Of a DNA stretch of 64,000 nt, positions 53,310 through 63,205 are shown piece by piece; within the stretch, counting starts at the first letter, position 1; each line of letters starts with the position of its first letter. The stretch spans positions 93,310,001 through 93,374,000 of the forward strand of contig NC_043003.1 of the NCBI RefSeq assembly GCF_006345805.1, in the 5' to 3' direction. Position numbers and translations under genes: made by a program. Source of the stretch: Octopus sinensis. Lineage: Eukaryota. Below the pieces are notes generated by a model, which worked only from the letters and a program-made list of their open reading frames with translations, had not been told where the DNA came from and ran no database searches.

Positions 53310-55490
53310 GTGTTTGTGTGTCTATGTTTGTCCCCCTAGCATTGCTTGACAACCGATGCTGGTGTGTTTATGTCCCCGTTACTTAGCGGTTCGGCAAAAG
53401 AGACCAATAGAATAAGTACTGGGCTTACAAAAGAATAAGTCCCGGGGTCAAGTTGCTCGATTAAAGGCAGTGCTCCAGCATGGCCGCAGTCAAATGACTG
53501 AAACAAGTAAAAGAGTAACCATTTCATTTTACTTTGCTCCAATCCACTCAGCTGTGAGTGAGTTGCATCTGCTGCATACTATCACCCAAAATATTGAAAA
53601 TGCAACATGCCAACAACCTTTGATGACTATGATGAACTGGATGATGACTTACTGATCATTGTATCTTTTGTCTTTTACTTGTTGTGGTCACTTGACTGCG
53701 ACCATGCTGGGACACTGCCTTGAAGGGTTTTAGTTGAACAAATCGACCCCAGGACTTCTTTTAAAGCCTAGCACTTATTTTATTGGTCTCTTTTGCTGAA
53801 CCACTAAGTTACAAGTGTCAGTCAGTGGTGGAAGACAAACACAGACAAAGATTCACACACAGTGCGAGGTCATTGCCAGTGCCGCTGGACTGGCTCCTGT
53901 GCATGTGGCACGTAAAAAACACCATTTGAGTGTGGCCATTGCCAGTACCGCCTGACTGGCCCACATACTGGTGGCACATAAAACTACACTCTTGGAGTGG
54001 TTAGCGTTAGGAAGGGCATCCAGCTGTAGAAACTCTGCCAGATCAAGAGTGGAGCCTGGTGCAGCCATCTGGTTCACCAGTCCTCAGCCAAATTGTCCAA
54101 CCCATGCTAGCATGGAAAGCAGACGTTAAATGACGATGATGATATATGCATACATGATGAGCTTCTTTCAGTTTCCGTCTACCAGACCCACTCAAAGCTA
54201 TGGTCAGCCTGAGGCGATAGTAGAAGACACTTGCCCATGGTGCCATGCAATGGGACTGAACCTGGAACCATGTGGGTGGGAAGCAAGCTTCTTACCACAC
54301 AACCACAGACTTGTTTGCATTTATAATGTACTTATTTATCTATACGAGTGAAATTTGACATGTGATTGTCAGAGTCTGAATTATCTTTGTTTGACAGTGC
54401 TATGAGGAGAAGGTTCTGTTTTGTCAAACTGAACCAGAATTCCCTTGCCAGAATTATAAAAACACTGCACTTTGTTGATGTTGAGCATTTAACCAAATCA
54501 AAAGGGTGACTTGTTTATCTGCAGCACAATAATGAGAGAAGTAATGGACGAAGGTGCTTTATTATTAAGAAGATGGTACCTACTCCAAGGATTAGCTAAA
54601 GACCTTCCTGGATACACATTTAACAATGAATTTGAGCATCTTATCAATGTCTTGACTTGCATTCATTTGTGTACAATGAGGCAATATAAATTTAGGTATG
54701 GCTGTGTGGTTAAGAAGTTCACTTCCCAACTGTATGGTTTCAGGTTCTGTTCCCTTGTGCAGTATTTTGAGCAAGTGTCTTGTACTATTGCCTCAAACTG
54801 ATCAAAGCCTTGTGAGTGAATTTAATAAGCAGCAACCAAAAGGATCAGTTGTGTGTGTGTGTGCATGCATGAATGAGTCTGTATCTGTATGTTTGTTAAC
54901 ATTTGTGCTTCTCTGAAAATTGTGAGTTACAAGTAGTAATGTTATTTCTCCTGTCAAGAAATCATCTGCTAGCTTTGTACCATCAAAGATGTGGGAAATA
55001 AGAGATCACTTACTTGAAAAAAAAAAAAAAGGGAAGTTTAGTGTTGGGAAGGATACCTGCCTATAGAATAATCCTTTCTACTATAAGCACAAGACTTGAA
55101 ATTTGGAGAAAAGGGATACTCAATTTCATCAACCCCAATGTTTCACTGGTACCTAATTTATCAACCCTAAAAGGACGAAAGGCAAAGTCAGCAGACAAAC
55201 TATTGCCAAGCATTTTGCCCAGCATGCTGACGATGCTGCCAGCTTACCACCTTCTGGTGATAAAGTAATGTCTCAATAATGTATTCATTTAACCCATGCT
55301 GGCATGGAAAAACGAATGTAAAAGCAAATGAAGGAACAAATGAATACAATTTCAGCAATGATTTTGATGCTTTGTGTGGTGGTCATGGTGGCGACATTGG
55401 CAGTAGCGTTGTTGTTGTTACTGATACTCTAACTATTCCTGTATATAAAAATCTTATTCTTTGATGTATGTCTTTAAAGCTTGTACATAC

Positions 55491-55545
<55 letters not shown>

Positions 55546-58500
55546 GTGGTTAGGGCAGCATACTCGTGGTCGTAGGATTACAGTTTCGATTCCCAGACCG
55601 GGCGTTGTGAGTGTTTAATGAGCGAAAACACCTAAAGCTCCACGAGGCTCCGGCAGGGGGGGGGGGGCGATCCCTGCTGTACTCTTTCGCCACAACTTTC
55701 TCTCACTCTTTCTTCTGTCGGCCTGCTCGCTTAGCCAGTGGGGTGGCGTCATTTGAAGGCTAAAACAATGCGAAGCGCATTGTGACCAGCGATGTGTAGC
55801 AACATCTGATAGCCTGGTTGGTCACGGTGATCACGGTGATATATATATATATATCATCATCATCATCATCAATGTCCGTCTTCCATGCTAGCATGGCTGG
55901 CATGGGGGTGGGTGAGCACATGGCTTACTGGTTAGGATGTTATACTTATGATTGTGAAATTGTGGTTTTGATTTCCAGACCAGGTTTGCATTGTGTTCTT
56001 GAGCAAAACACTTCATTTCATGTTTCTCTGCAACTGTTACATCATGTGACATGTGGCACTTGGTAATGTGGATTTGATGGAGGCATTGAGCTTATGTGAA
56101 CATAAATTATAAAAAAATCACTACAAGTAGTTCATCTTTATGGTTTTTCAGCAAGAAATGACAGAGTTCAAGATATATTTCTTAACTTGATAATAGGTAT
56201 ATAATATGCTTTTTCTTTGGTGCCATTCTTTCAGAACCGAACCATTAATCATGAGAAAGGCAGCCATGGAGTCGCTGGAATCTTCATTAAATATGACATT
56301 GCTTCTTTAAAAATCCGTGTACGAGAAGAACACAGACCTTATTGGCAATTCTTAGTCCGGCTTTGTGGTATCATTGGTGGAATGTTTTCTGTATCAGGTA
56401 AAACTTTTCATGGAATTTATTTTATGTTTTTCAGTTGTAACTGCTATAGCACATCAATGCCATGCTGACTCCTTTGTTAATGGTGAAAGTTTATGTAGGT
56501 TTGATATATTTATTACTGTTTAGATTCTGCAAAGCTTGGTTATGTGGTTCAGAAGTTTGCTTTGCAACCATGTAGTTTCAAGTTTGATTTCACTGTACAG
56601 AATACTGGGCAGACGTATCATCCTGGTCCTGGTTTAGTGGAATTTTTTATGTTCCACCTAAAGAGACAAATAGGGCTGGAGAGGAGGTGCCCGAGTAAGA
56701 AAGTGTTTGATGAAAGATGGAAGAAGGTCATGTATAAAAGGTCTCTCGTGGATGCGAGATAAGCCCAAAAACCGAGGTCAGTGAGAGGCGGGGTTCGTGG
56801 GGTCCATAAACCCGCCCCACTCCATTTGTTTAAAAAATGTCCATTGTGTTGTTTATTCATTCATTTTATATAAAATCATGTTGAATTTTTATCGACCCCA
56901 AATTGCACTTTATATGTAAAATCATCCGTGATTGTATTGCCCATTCTATGTATGTCCTTATGGATAATAAAAAAATCAAGGTTTCCATACAGAGTCTGTC
57001 GACCAAATTTCATGCATACTGCATTGGTCAGTCTCAGGATAAATAGAATTCTACTATCACTTTAGATTGATTAATACTTCATGAATGAAATTTTGTAGAA
57101 GGAATCTACAGAGGCCCCTCATAAATATATATATATCTGTGTGTATGGCTGTATGTAATTATGTATGTCTGTCTGTGTGTGTGTGTAATCTATCTAATCT
57201 GTCTGTCTATTCATCCATTTATTTATTTAATTACCTTTACAAGGAAAAGGTTGATAGTAATTTCAAAAATTTTGGCTTGCTTGCCTTCATCAGACTGTCA
57301 GCCTTTCCTTGTAAAAGTTAATAAATATGTATTCTACTAAAAAGTATTCAGTAATCCTTCAGTTTAATGTTAAATTTTTATATACAACTTGATATAAAAG
57401 CAAACATCTATATACATACATACATATATATATATATATTATTAGCATTTCCAATTATAGAGAGCCTGTCTTCATTGAAGGGTGCACTTATGTAAGCTTT
57501 AGAACAATGATTCCCAACATGGTGCATATGCCCCACCAGTGGGGTGTGGGATCCCCAATTTTTTTTTTAATGGGACATGGAATTGTGAAAATATTTTCTT
57601 TTCTTAGTCAATAATTTTTTTCTTAGGCATCAGATGTGGTGTGCAAGAGAGACAACAGCACTGGGATGGTTATGTGATTGTTATGGATGAGGACAGCTGT
57701 GTAAAGAAGTGCTGATCTCTAACTGTGTAGGGAACATGTGGTAGAGGTAGACCTAGAAAGACATGGAACAAGGTGGTGAAGCATGATCTTTGAACTTTAG
57801 GCCTCACAGAGGTGATAGCTAGAGACTGAGACCTTTGGCAATATGCTGTGCTTGAAGACCCGCCAAGTCAAGTGAAATTGTAGTCGTGGCTGATGCTGAT
57901 GTCATGTAACTGGTACCTATGCTGGTAGCATGTAAAATGCACCTTTCAAGCATTGGGCCTCACGGAGGCAAAGTGGCCGATGCCAGTGGCATGTGAAAAG
58001 TACCTTTTGAGTGTTGGGCCTCATGGAGGCAATGATGAATGACTGAGATCTTTGGCAACATGCTGTGCTGGAGAAGAAGACCCATCAAGTGAAATTGCAG
58101 TCATTGTAGATACTGGTATCATGCAAATGGCACCCAAACCAGGGGCACATAAAGGCACCCATTACACTCTTGGAATGGTTGGCATTAGGAAGGGCATCTT
58201 GCTGTTGAAACCATGCCAAATCAGAGTGGAGTCTGCAACATTAGCCCTGGTCAAACTGTCCAACCCATGCCAGCATGGACAACAGACGTTAAATGATGAT
58301 GGGGATGAATCATGTACTTTCTTTGTACTCAGTACTTAAAAGAGTTACCAGTAGATACTTTTGTATTAGATATTTATGATAAAATATTAAAAATAAAGTT
58401 GTCTTTTTCCAAACACTAGTAATGCATACATTTTTCTGGAAAGTTATAGTGGGGCCTGGGAGAAAATATGTTGCAAAATATTGCTTTAGAACTTGAGAAA

Positions 58501-58981
58501 TATGGTCCTTATTTTTTAATCAGTACTGAGTTTGTTGATAAAAACTTGGTTTTGATAATTAGTTTATTGAGTGGCTGAGTAGAAAGTGCACTTACTTACA
58601 CTAAGTCAATGATTATAAATTACTTATGAAATTTTATCAAGTATTCTATTAATAGACGTCTGACATAATTCTTTTTTATTTCCTCTTTCAGGAATGCTTC
58701 ATGGCTTCTGTGGTTTCATTGTAGATCTAATCTGTTGTCGATATTTGAAAAAGAACTCTAAAAACCAAGGTGATGAAAGCCCTTTTCAAGCCACACAAAC
58801 GTCTCTACACTCTTTGAACCAATTTCCATCTTCAGTAACTTCACCTTTGACCATAGATGCCACAGCAGGCAGTAATCTGCCGACACCTGTTTCTCCTGAA
58901 GCTGACATACCAGTGCCTCTGGTTCAAATGACCGTTCCTTTGCTCCCAGTTAATTCAGAACATTACCAACCAGAAGCATAA
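13463..58981 (+). CDS. ERGIC2: Endoplasmic reticulum-Golgi intermediate compartment protein 2 (Erv41 family), complete spliced CDS of 10 exons, 1296 nt, 431 aa
   Basis: join(13463-13577,18246-18354,20973-21019,23362-23581,26479-26574,35975-36033,48690-48788,51958-52055,56235-56397,58692-58981). All introns are GT-AG with matching phases (1,2,1,2,2,1,1,0,1). The translation has ERGIC2 hallmarks: [97 protein letters not shown]. Confidence 0.96.
14350..14890. repeat. ~247-bp inverted repeat with a 47-nt spacer
   Basis: Arms 14350-14596 and 14644-14890 are reverse complements (~90% identity by eye); third partial copy at ~13672-13765. Confidence 0.9.
18246..18354 (+). CDS. ERGIC2: ERGIC2 coding exon 2 (TM1: [20 protein letters not shown]...)
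   Basis: Acceptor ttcttgtag|, donor GG|GTAAGT; hydrophobic TM1 followed by EFDYMVD. Confidence 0.93.
19040..20060 (-). mobile_element. Degenerate CR1/L2-like LINE fragment
   Basis: Broken ORFs with an APE-like C-terminus (LDLFL....S.Y.LI) and RT-like [19 protein letters not shown]. Confidence 0.5.
20973..21019 (+). CDS. ERGIC2: ERGIC2 coding exon 3 ([15 protein letters not shown])
   Basis: Long polypyrimidine acceptor ttccttctccag|, donor A|GTAAGT; conserved INxDITVAMxC. Confidence 0.95.
21362..21740 (+). mobile_element. SINE family A
   Basis: Family A core and tail. Confidence 0.8.
22095..22500 (+). mobile_element. SINE family A, with an inverted tail copy at ~22545-22710
   Basis: Family A core and tail. 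Confidence 0.8.
22720..23330 (+). mobile_element. Head-to-tail cluster of ~3 family B SINEs ending just before exon 4
   Basis: Family B units with (ATT)n tails. Confidence 0.8.
23362..23581 (+). CDS. ERGIC2: ERGIC2 coding exon 4 ([12 protein letters not shown]...NMPDP)
   Basis: Acceptor cattttctag|, donor CC|GTATGT; VGAD.LD motif. Confidence 0.93.
23983..25238 (+). mobile_element. Full-length decayed mariner (Hsmar1/SETMAR-like, DD34D-type) DNA transposon
   Basis: TIRs TTAGGTTGTCAAGAAAGTTCTT and AAGAACTTTCTTGACAACCTAA, TA on both sides, 1256 bp; transposase at 24171-25161 with a frameshift and stops; motifs [32 protein letters not shown]. Confidence 0.93.
26479..26574 (+). CDS. ERGIC2: ERGIC2 coding exon 5 ([25 protein letters not shown])
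   Basis: Acceptor tattgcag|, donor AA|GTAAGT; family signature motif. Confidence 0.95.
26973..27133. mobile_element. ~160-bp MITE (Tc2-like TIR), copy 2, inverted relative to copy 1
   Basis: TIRs TACCATATTTTAACATGTATAAGGAA and TTCCTTATACATGTTAAAATATGGTA; interior is the reverse complement of copy 1. Confidence 0.75.
28387..28472 (+). ncRNA. Minimal type-I hammerhead ribozyme motif, complete core
   Basis: Stem I ACTTTC/GAAAGT; CTGAAGA at 28393-28399; stem II GAAGGTT/AATTTTC extended by CATTG/CAGTG, ATAC/GTAT and TATTC/GAATA; GAAA at 28455-28458; stem III AC-ATGT-GT; GUU triplet with predicted cleavage after 28466. Confidence 0.7.
28525..28930 (-). mobile_element. RTE-tail-type repeat (family C)
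   Basis: CATCATCGTTTAACGTCCGCTTTCCATGCTAGCATGGGTTGGACGG..GGATGCCC..AATGCCAACCACTCC; same 3' end as the 41-42.4 kb RTE. Further copies at ~17280-17525, 18870-19030, 27230-27515, 33180-33560, 44572-44740, 53860-54145 and 59490-59960. Confidence 0.8.
31248..31370. repeat. Perfect 23-bp minisatellite, 5.3 copies
   Basis: ACACATGTCACATGTATATATAC repeated exactly, no spacers. Confidence 0.95.
34505..34722 (+). mobile_element. SINE family B, near-consensus
   Basis: Almost identical to the 2.8-3.3 kb unit. Confidence 0.85.
35321..35858. mobile_element. hAT (Charlie-like) non-autonomous element / MITE
   Basis: TIRs CAGGGGTGGAGAAAC and GTTTCCTCATCCCTG; 8-bp flanks ATGCATAT and ATCTATAT (6/8 match, close to the NTCTAGAN-type target). 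Confidence 0.7.
35975..36033 (+). CDS. ERGIC2: ERGIC2 coding exon 6 ([19 protein letters not shown])
   Basis: Acceptor tactttgcag|, donor G|GTTTGT; PRGHAHL motif. Confidence 0.92.
36458..36993 (+). mobile_element. RTE-clade LINE 3' fragment (RT C-terminus, (GAT)n tail)
   Basis: [12 protein letters not shown]...[22 protein letters not shown]...[11 protein letters not shown]...RGR..Y.DVI..DTG; (GAT)n tail. Confidence 0.88.
37500..37865 (-). mobile_element. RTE LINE fragment
   Basis: [41 protein letters not shown]. Confidence 0.8.
38680..39035 (+). mobile_element. CR1-like LINE 3' fragment
   Basis: [40 protein letters not shown] (CR1-type TRGH...FF..RV...WN.LP), (ATT)n tail. Confidence 0.75.
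41024..42443 (+). mobile_element. RTE (BovB-like) LINE 3' fragment with internal deletion, tandemly amplified 3'UTR and (GAT)n tail
   Basis: [15 protein letters not shown]...[22 protein letters not shown]...MLRWMC; four ~177-198-bp UTR units starting at 41476, 41659, 41836 and 42034. Confidence 0.85.
42440..43115. repeat. Complex (TATG/TACA/TA)n quasi-palindromic microsatellite
   Basis: Repeated TATATACATGTATATG units; source of the Y/I/M/C/V-rich spurious ORFs. Confidence 0.95.
43116..43515 (+). mobile_element. SINE family A, near-consensus, directly upstream of the FAM162 segment
   Basis: GGCGCAGGAGTGGCTGTGTGGTAAG..AAATGACTGAAACAAGTAAAAGAG. Confidence 0.88.
43554..43835 (+). pseudogene. 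FAM162: FAM162/UPF0389 (DUF1075) C-terminal coding segment nested in ERGIC2 intron 6; 5'-truncated retrocopy or orphan exon
   Basis: Uninterrupted frame [82 protein letters not shown]...* aligns by eye with FAM162A (PTDWQKKILIWSGRFKKEDEIPETVS..AKNKMRVKISYLMIALTVVGC...GKKAAQR); single TM; no N-terminus seen. Confidence 0.8.
44738..44908. repeat. Perfect 70-bp inverted repeat with a 31-nt loop
   Basis: Arms 44738-44807 and 44839-44908 are exact reverse complements. Confidence 0.9.
45608..45834. repeat. 108-bp near-perfect inverted repeat with an 11-nt loop
   Basis: Arms 45608-45715 and 45727-45834 differ by one mismatch in an A-run; loop GGGAGATGTAA. Confidence 0.92.
45835..46612 (-). mobile_element. 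Tc1/mariner-superfamily (maT-like) transposon, 5' half
   Basis: ORF with RTVQRIRK (HTH), WFFSDE.NFCQDQ, KHP.NIMV.GVITSD..I.PPFIFP; TIR-like TATAGGATGCAATGGGTAAA at ~46612; truncated at the 45.8-kb hairpin. Confidence 0.8.
47585..47975 (-). mobile_element. SINE family A
   Basis: Reverse complement of the family A consensus. Confidence 0.85.
48208..48620 (+). mobile_element. SINE family A
   Basis: Family A consensus; ends ~70 bp before exon 7. Confidence 0.82.
48690..48788 (+). CDS. ERGIC2: ERGIC2 coding exon 7 ([14 protein letters not shown]...[11 protein letters not shown])
   Basis: Acceptor ttacttgcag|, donor A|GTAAGA. Confidence 0.95.
49064..49101 (-). ncRNA. Degenerate, non-canonical minimal hammerhead-like motif
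   Basis: Minus strand: TCTTT CTGTCGA A GAGC ATAG GCTC AAAA TG TA AAAGA. Stems I and II are intact; GAAACG appears decayed to AAAATG. Confidence 0.4.
51050..51610 (-). mobile_element. RTE LINE fragment
   Basis: [49 protein letters not shown]. Confidence 0.8.
51958..52055 (+). CDS. ERGIC2: ERGIC2 coding exon 8 ([32 protein letters not shown])
   Basis: Acceptor tctttttcag|, donor AAG|GTAATT. Confidence 0.95.
53142..53517 (+). mobile_element. SINE family A
   Basis: Family A consensus. Confidence 0.85.
55545..55830 (+). mobile_element. tRNA-derived SINE family D
   Basis: GTGGTTAGGGCAGC..GTTTCGATTCCCAGACCGGGCGTTG..AAAACACCTAAAGCTCCACGAGG; related copies at ~6575-6840, 45345-45500 and 59100-59420. 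Confidence 0.75.
56235..56397 (+). CDS. ERGIC2: ERGIC2 coding exon 9 ([21 protein letters not shown]...[14 protein letters not shown])
   Basis: Acceptor attctttcag|, donor G|GTAAAA; start of TM2. Confidence 0.95.
56750..56860 (-). mobile_element. Short degenerate DDE transposase fragment
   Basis: [27 protein letters not shown] resembles the WIGRG..WPPRSPDLTPLDFFLWGYL motif of Tc1/mariner-type transposases. Confidence 0.45.
57625..57870 (+). mobile_element. RTE LINE 3' fragment
   Basis: Nucleotide similarity to the RTE copies at 37.5, 41.3 and 51.1 kb (GGTAGACCTAGAAAGACATGG..GAACTTTAGGCCTCAC). Confidence 0.7.
58692..58981 (+). CDS. ERGIC2: ERGIC2 coding exon 10 ([18 protein letters not shown]... 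to the stop codon)
   Basis: Acceptor tcctctttcag|; GMLHG...ICCR matches the end of ERGIC2 TM2; TAA at 58979-58981. Confidence 0.93.
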
Positions 58982-60063
58982 TTGCTGAATGAATGAGTTG
59001 CAAGTTGATTATAAAATATACTGGAAATCTCAACCTGGTGTCTAGTCTTTTATGTTACCTACGGATGTGTAAATGTGTGTGCATGTTAGCATGTGTAGAC
59101 TTGCATGGCTCAGTGGTTAGAGCATCATGTTCACAATCATCAAGTAGCAAGTTTGATTCCTGGAATGGGCTGTGTGTTGTGTTCTTGAGCAAGATACTTT
59201 ATTTCACGTTGCTCCAGTTCACTCAGCTGTAGAAATGAGTTGTGACATCACAGGTGCCAAGCTGTATCAGCCTTTGCCTTTCCCTTGAATAACATTGGTG
59301 GCATGGAGAGGGGAGGCTGGTATGCATGTGTTACTGCTGGCCTTCTACAAGCAACCTTGCCCAGACTTGTACCTTGGAGGGGAACTTTCTTGATGTAATC
59401 CCATGGTCATTCATGACTGAAGAGGGTCCTTCCTTCTATGTTCATGTATGTATGTACATATATAAGGGTAGATGTGCATATTATGTACATCATCATCATT
59501 ATCATCGTTTAACGTCCACTTTCCATGCTAGCATGGGTTGGACGATTTGACTGAGGTCTGGCGAACCAGATGGCTGCACTAGGCTCCAATCTGATCTGGC
59601 AGAGTTTCTACAGCTGGATGCCCTTCCTAACGCCAACCACTCCAAGAGTAGTGGGTGCTTTTACGTGTCACTGGCACAAGGGCCAGTCAGCTGGTACTGG
59701 CAATGTCAATGCTCAAATGGTGCTTTTTATGTGCCACCTGCACAGGAGCCAGTCCAGCAACACTGGCAACAACCTCACTTGAAAGTTTTTCATGTGCCTC
59801 CAGCACAAGTGCCAGTAAGGCGACGCAGGTAACGATCACGCTCAAATGGTGCTTTCTACGTGCCACCAGCATGGAAGCCAGTTTGTTGCTCTGGCAACAA
59901 TCACACTCAGATGGTGCTCTTAGTGCTCCACTAGCACGGATGCCAGTCATCGAATTTGATATGTATATGCATATGTATGTGTGTTTAAATATTTGTATGT
60001 GTGTGTGCATGTGCTTAGATGTATGTATGGATGTTTGTCTATGGGCATGTACGTGTGGGTGTA

Positions 60064-61130
60064 TATACAGGGTGTTCCAAAATTAAGGCAACTACCTTTT
60101 TTCAATTTTGCCAAAGCAAATTATTGTTATGTTTCAGGTCTGAGCATTGCAATGCAATGGTAAAGGAAACAGCAATTATAACACTACCACATTTATTCGA
60201 TATGGTCACTTCTGTTTTGAATCACAGTCTTAAGTCTAGGTGCAAATGCTTCACACACAGAATGCAATTGTTCTTGAAGAATCAAAGCCAATTCCTTGCA
60301 CAGTTTTGCCCTCAGAGCATCAAGCAAAGCATGAGGAGTGCTTGAGACCCTCATCTCTAAAATGGACCAAACAGAAAAATCTGATAGGTTGAGATAGGGG
60401 CTTCTTGAGGAACATACATTCTTGCATATGAACAATGAAATGTTTTTCTAAATACAGTGTTGTGTCTGTTTGGAGCTGTGGGATGGTGCTGAGACCTGTT
60501 GGAGGTTCCAAGGTGCACTGTGAAAGTGCTGATTCACCCATGGAAATAGTTCAACTTTCAGAATGTCGCTAATGTATTGTTTAGTATTAATTTTAACACC
60601 TGAGGGTACAAAAATAAAGGGAGACCTTTCAGTGGCTGTCACAAACCATAACTGACTGGATTTTGACGTTGATTTACGAGTTTACTCTTCATGGAGCCTG
60701 ATACACTCCAAAGTCAGTCATATTCTTTTCATCAGTGAACACTGGGTTGGGTAGCTTGCCTTAAGCAATCTGATGCAGGATAAGATGACTTCTCCCCAGT
60801 CTCATGGCCTTATAAACTTGCAAGAGCTCGTGACAGTGGATCATCTTGTAGGGGTTGGTCCTTAGATCCTCTTTCAGCACTCAATACATCGATGTTCAGC
60901 TTATTTTTTCTATGGCTGCCAGTTTTTTGATGGGACAATGAGGATTTTACCATGTCTTTTCTCTGGTACTTATGATAAGCTGAGAGGTCTGCACACTTCC
61001 TTTATGGTCACATCCAGGTCAATCAGTGGTTGAACCAGTCTCTTGAAATTTCTTAACAATTTTGCAGACTGTTGTTCAGTTAATTTTAAGCTTTTTTACT
61101 ATAGCTGTATTACTTTCATCTCGTTTGTGG
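60064..61130 (-). mobile_element. Tc1/mariner-superfamily (maT-like) transposon, decayed
   Basis: Fragments SPFIFVPSGVKIN...WNLQQVSAPSH and SRSPYLNLSDFSVWSILE...RLKTVIQNRSDHIE; terminal TACAGGGTGTTCCAAAATTAAGG at ~60066; other TIR not found. Confidence 0.8.
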
Positions 61131-61924
61131 ACAGTTATGACTGTATTTCAGTCTATAGCTGTAATCTAATTTATAAATTTGCATTTATTTAGCCTGAAAC
61201 AGAAAGATGACATGCTTAAGCTTTTATAATGAAGTATAATTTTCATATCTTATCACATTTAGTGTGATATCTTATCATACTTTAGCTGAGTCCAGGACAT
61301 TTACCTCTCCACCCATGGACAACAGATGATGATTTAAAGCTTAATTTATTAGAAAGTGAGTAATTAACCAAGGTGGGTAATTGTCCTAGGGAGTAGTTGT
61401 TATCAGGGGGTAAATGTCTTGATACGCTTTATCCTACGAAGCCTATGGGTAAATTTGTCACTGTTTGAGCTTTGAGGATGGCTTTATACAATACTTTCAA
61501 AGGAGGTGGGATGTCATTTGTTCATTTGTCATTTTATCCACAATATCTATCTTGCTGACATCTGTGTTGTGATGTGTGGCAGACCAGGGATTTGTAAATT
61601 GTAGGGAGAGACAGAGAGAGAGAGAGAGCGTAGCAGAAAGTGTTTCCCTATGAGTTCATGGTGTATTATGGTTGTATGGGTTCAACTCTGCTTATCATCA
61701 TGTAGTGTAGGATGATCAGGGACGGTCAAAACAATCCTTCAGGGAACAGTTAAAGGTGGCAGATGCAGAGACAGACAGAGAAAGAGGTAGGAAAACAACA
61801 TCTGTGAGTGGATAGGCCTAAAGATGAGAGATGCAGTACGAGAAGTAGAGGACAGAAACGGGTGGAGGGATCTAATCGCAAGGGCATCAGTGGTGCCCCA
61901 ACGGTCAGCCAGACTGTGGGATAT

Positions 61925-62290
61925 TATTTTACTTGTTTCAGTCATTTGACTGTTGCCATGCTGGAGCACTGCCTTTAATCGAGCAACTCGACCCCGGGAT
62001 TTATTCTTTGAAAGTACTTTTTATATCAGTGTCTTTTGCCAAACCACTAAGTTACAGGGATGTAAACGCACTAACATCGGTTGTCAAGTGATGGTGTGGG
62101 GACAAACACACAATTATAAACATACATATATATATAATGGGCTTCTTTCAGTTTCCATCTATCAAATCCACTCACAATGCTTTGGTCGGCCCAGGGCTAG
62201 AGTAGAAGACACTTACCCAAGGTACCATGCTATGGGACTGAACCCGGAACCATGTGTTTGGGAAGCAAGCTTACCACACAGCCATTATAT
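61925..62290 (-). mobile_element. SINE family A
   Basis: Reverse complement of the family A consensus. Confidence 0.8.
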
Positions 62291-62784
62291 GTAATGTACT
62301 TTAGCCTACCAAGCCTTTGAGCTTTGAGGATGGCAAATATCTTCAGTGGAGGTGGGCTGTCATTTGTTCGTTTGTCATTTTATCCACAATGTCTGTCTGG
62401 CTGACATCTTTGTTGCGATGAGTAGCAGACCAGGGATATGTAAATTGTAGGGAGAGAGAAAGTGAGGCCAAAAGTGCTTCTCTATGAGCTCATGGTGTGT
62501 TATGGTTACACAGGTATTAATACGAAGACAGTGAATCACTGTGAAGTGGAATCTAAGAGTTCATGGCTGTATATTTTAATGTAATATCGTGTAGTGTCAA
62601 GTGCAGACTCTACCATTGCACTCTGGCAAATTCAATTGGAGTTAGTTCACCTAAGTGCATTGCTTATGATCTTATAGCAGAAATGGCTTGTTACATATTT
62701 TTGCACAGGTATCATTGGTTGAGTGGTTGCGCAAGAGTTACACTCTAGTAGGGTAGGTGATTTTTGCTCTTGAAAAGTACAGTC

Positions 62785-63205
62785 AGGCTATGTTAGTTAG
62801 TTAGTTAATTTTTTGGCTCAAAAAGCAAAAAGCAAGGCCATGTAGGGGGACATGGAGTTATGTACAGGGTGGTGTTCATGTAAAGAGTTCAGGCCGCTTG
62901 TGGTCAAGGGAGACTTTGAACCGAGCGGTCGTCGGCATCTTCACCATCTCGTCCGGCAGCTTATTCCATGGATCCGCAACCCGGACGGAGAAAGCCCCTC
63001 TCCTTCGATTGAGATGAAATCGTCGCAGATAGAGCTTTTCGGAATGACCCCGCAGCCGACGCTCTGGAGCAGGAGTGAAGAACAGCTCTTATGATGTTGT
63101 GAGCAAGAATGAGATCACCATGGCGTCGTCGTTTTTCTAGAGAATAAAGGTCGAGCGTCTTCAGCCTTTCTTCATAAGACAAATTCTTGAGACCAAGAAC
63201 CATGT
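62785..63205 (-). mobile_element. CR1-like LINE 3' fragment
   Basis: GLKNLSYEERLKTLDLYSLEKRRRHGDLILAHNII; (CTAA)n tail at ~62795. Confidence 0.8.
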
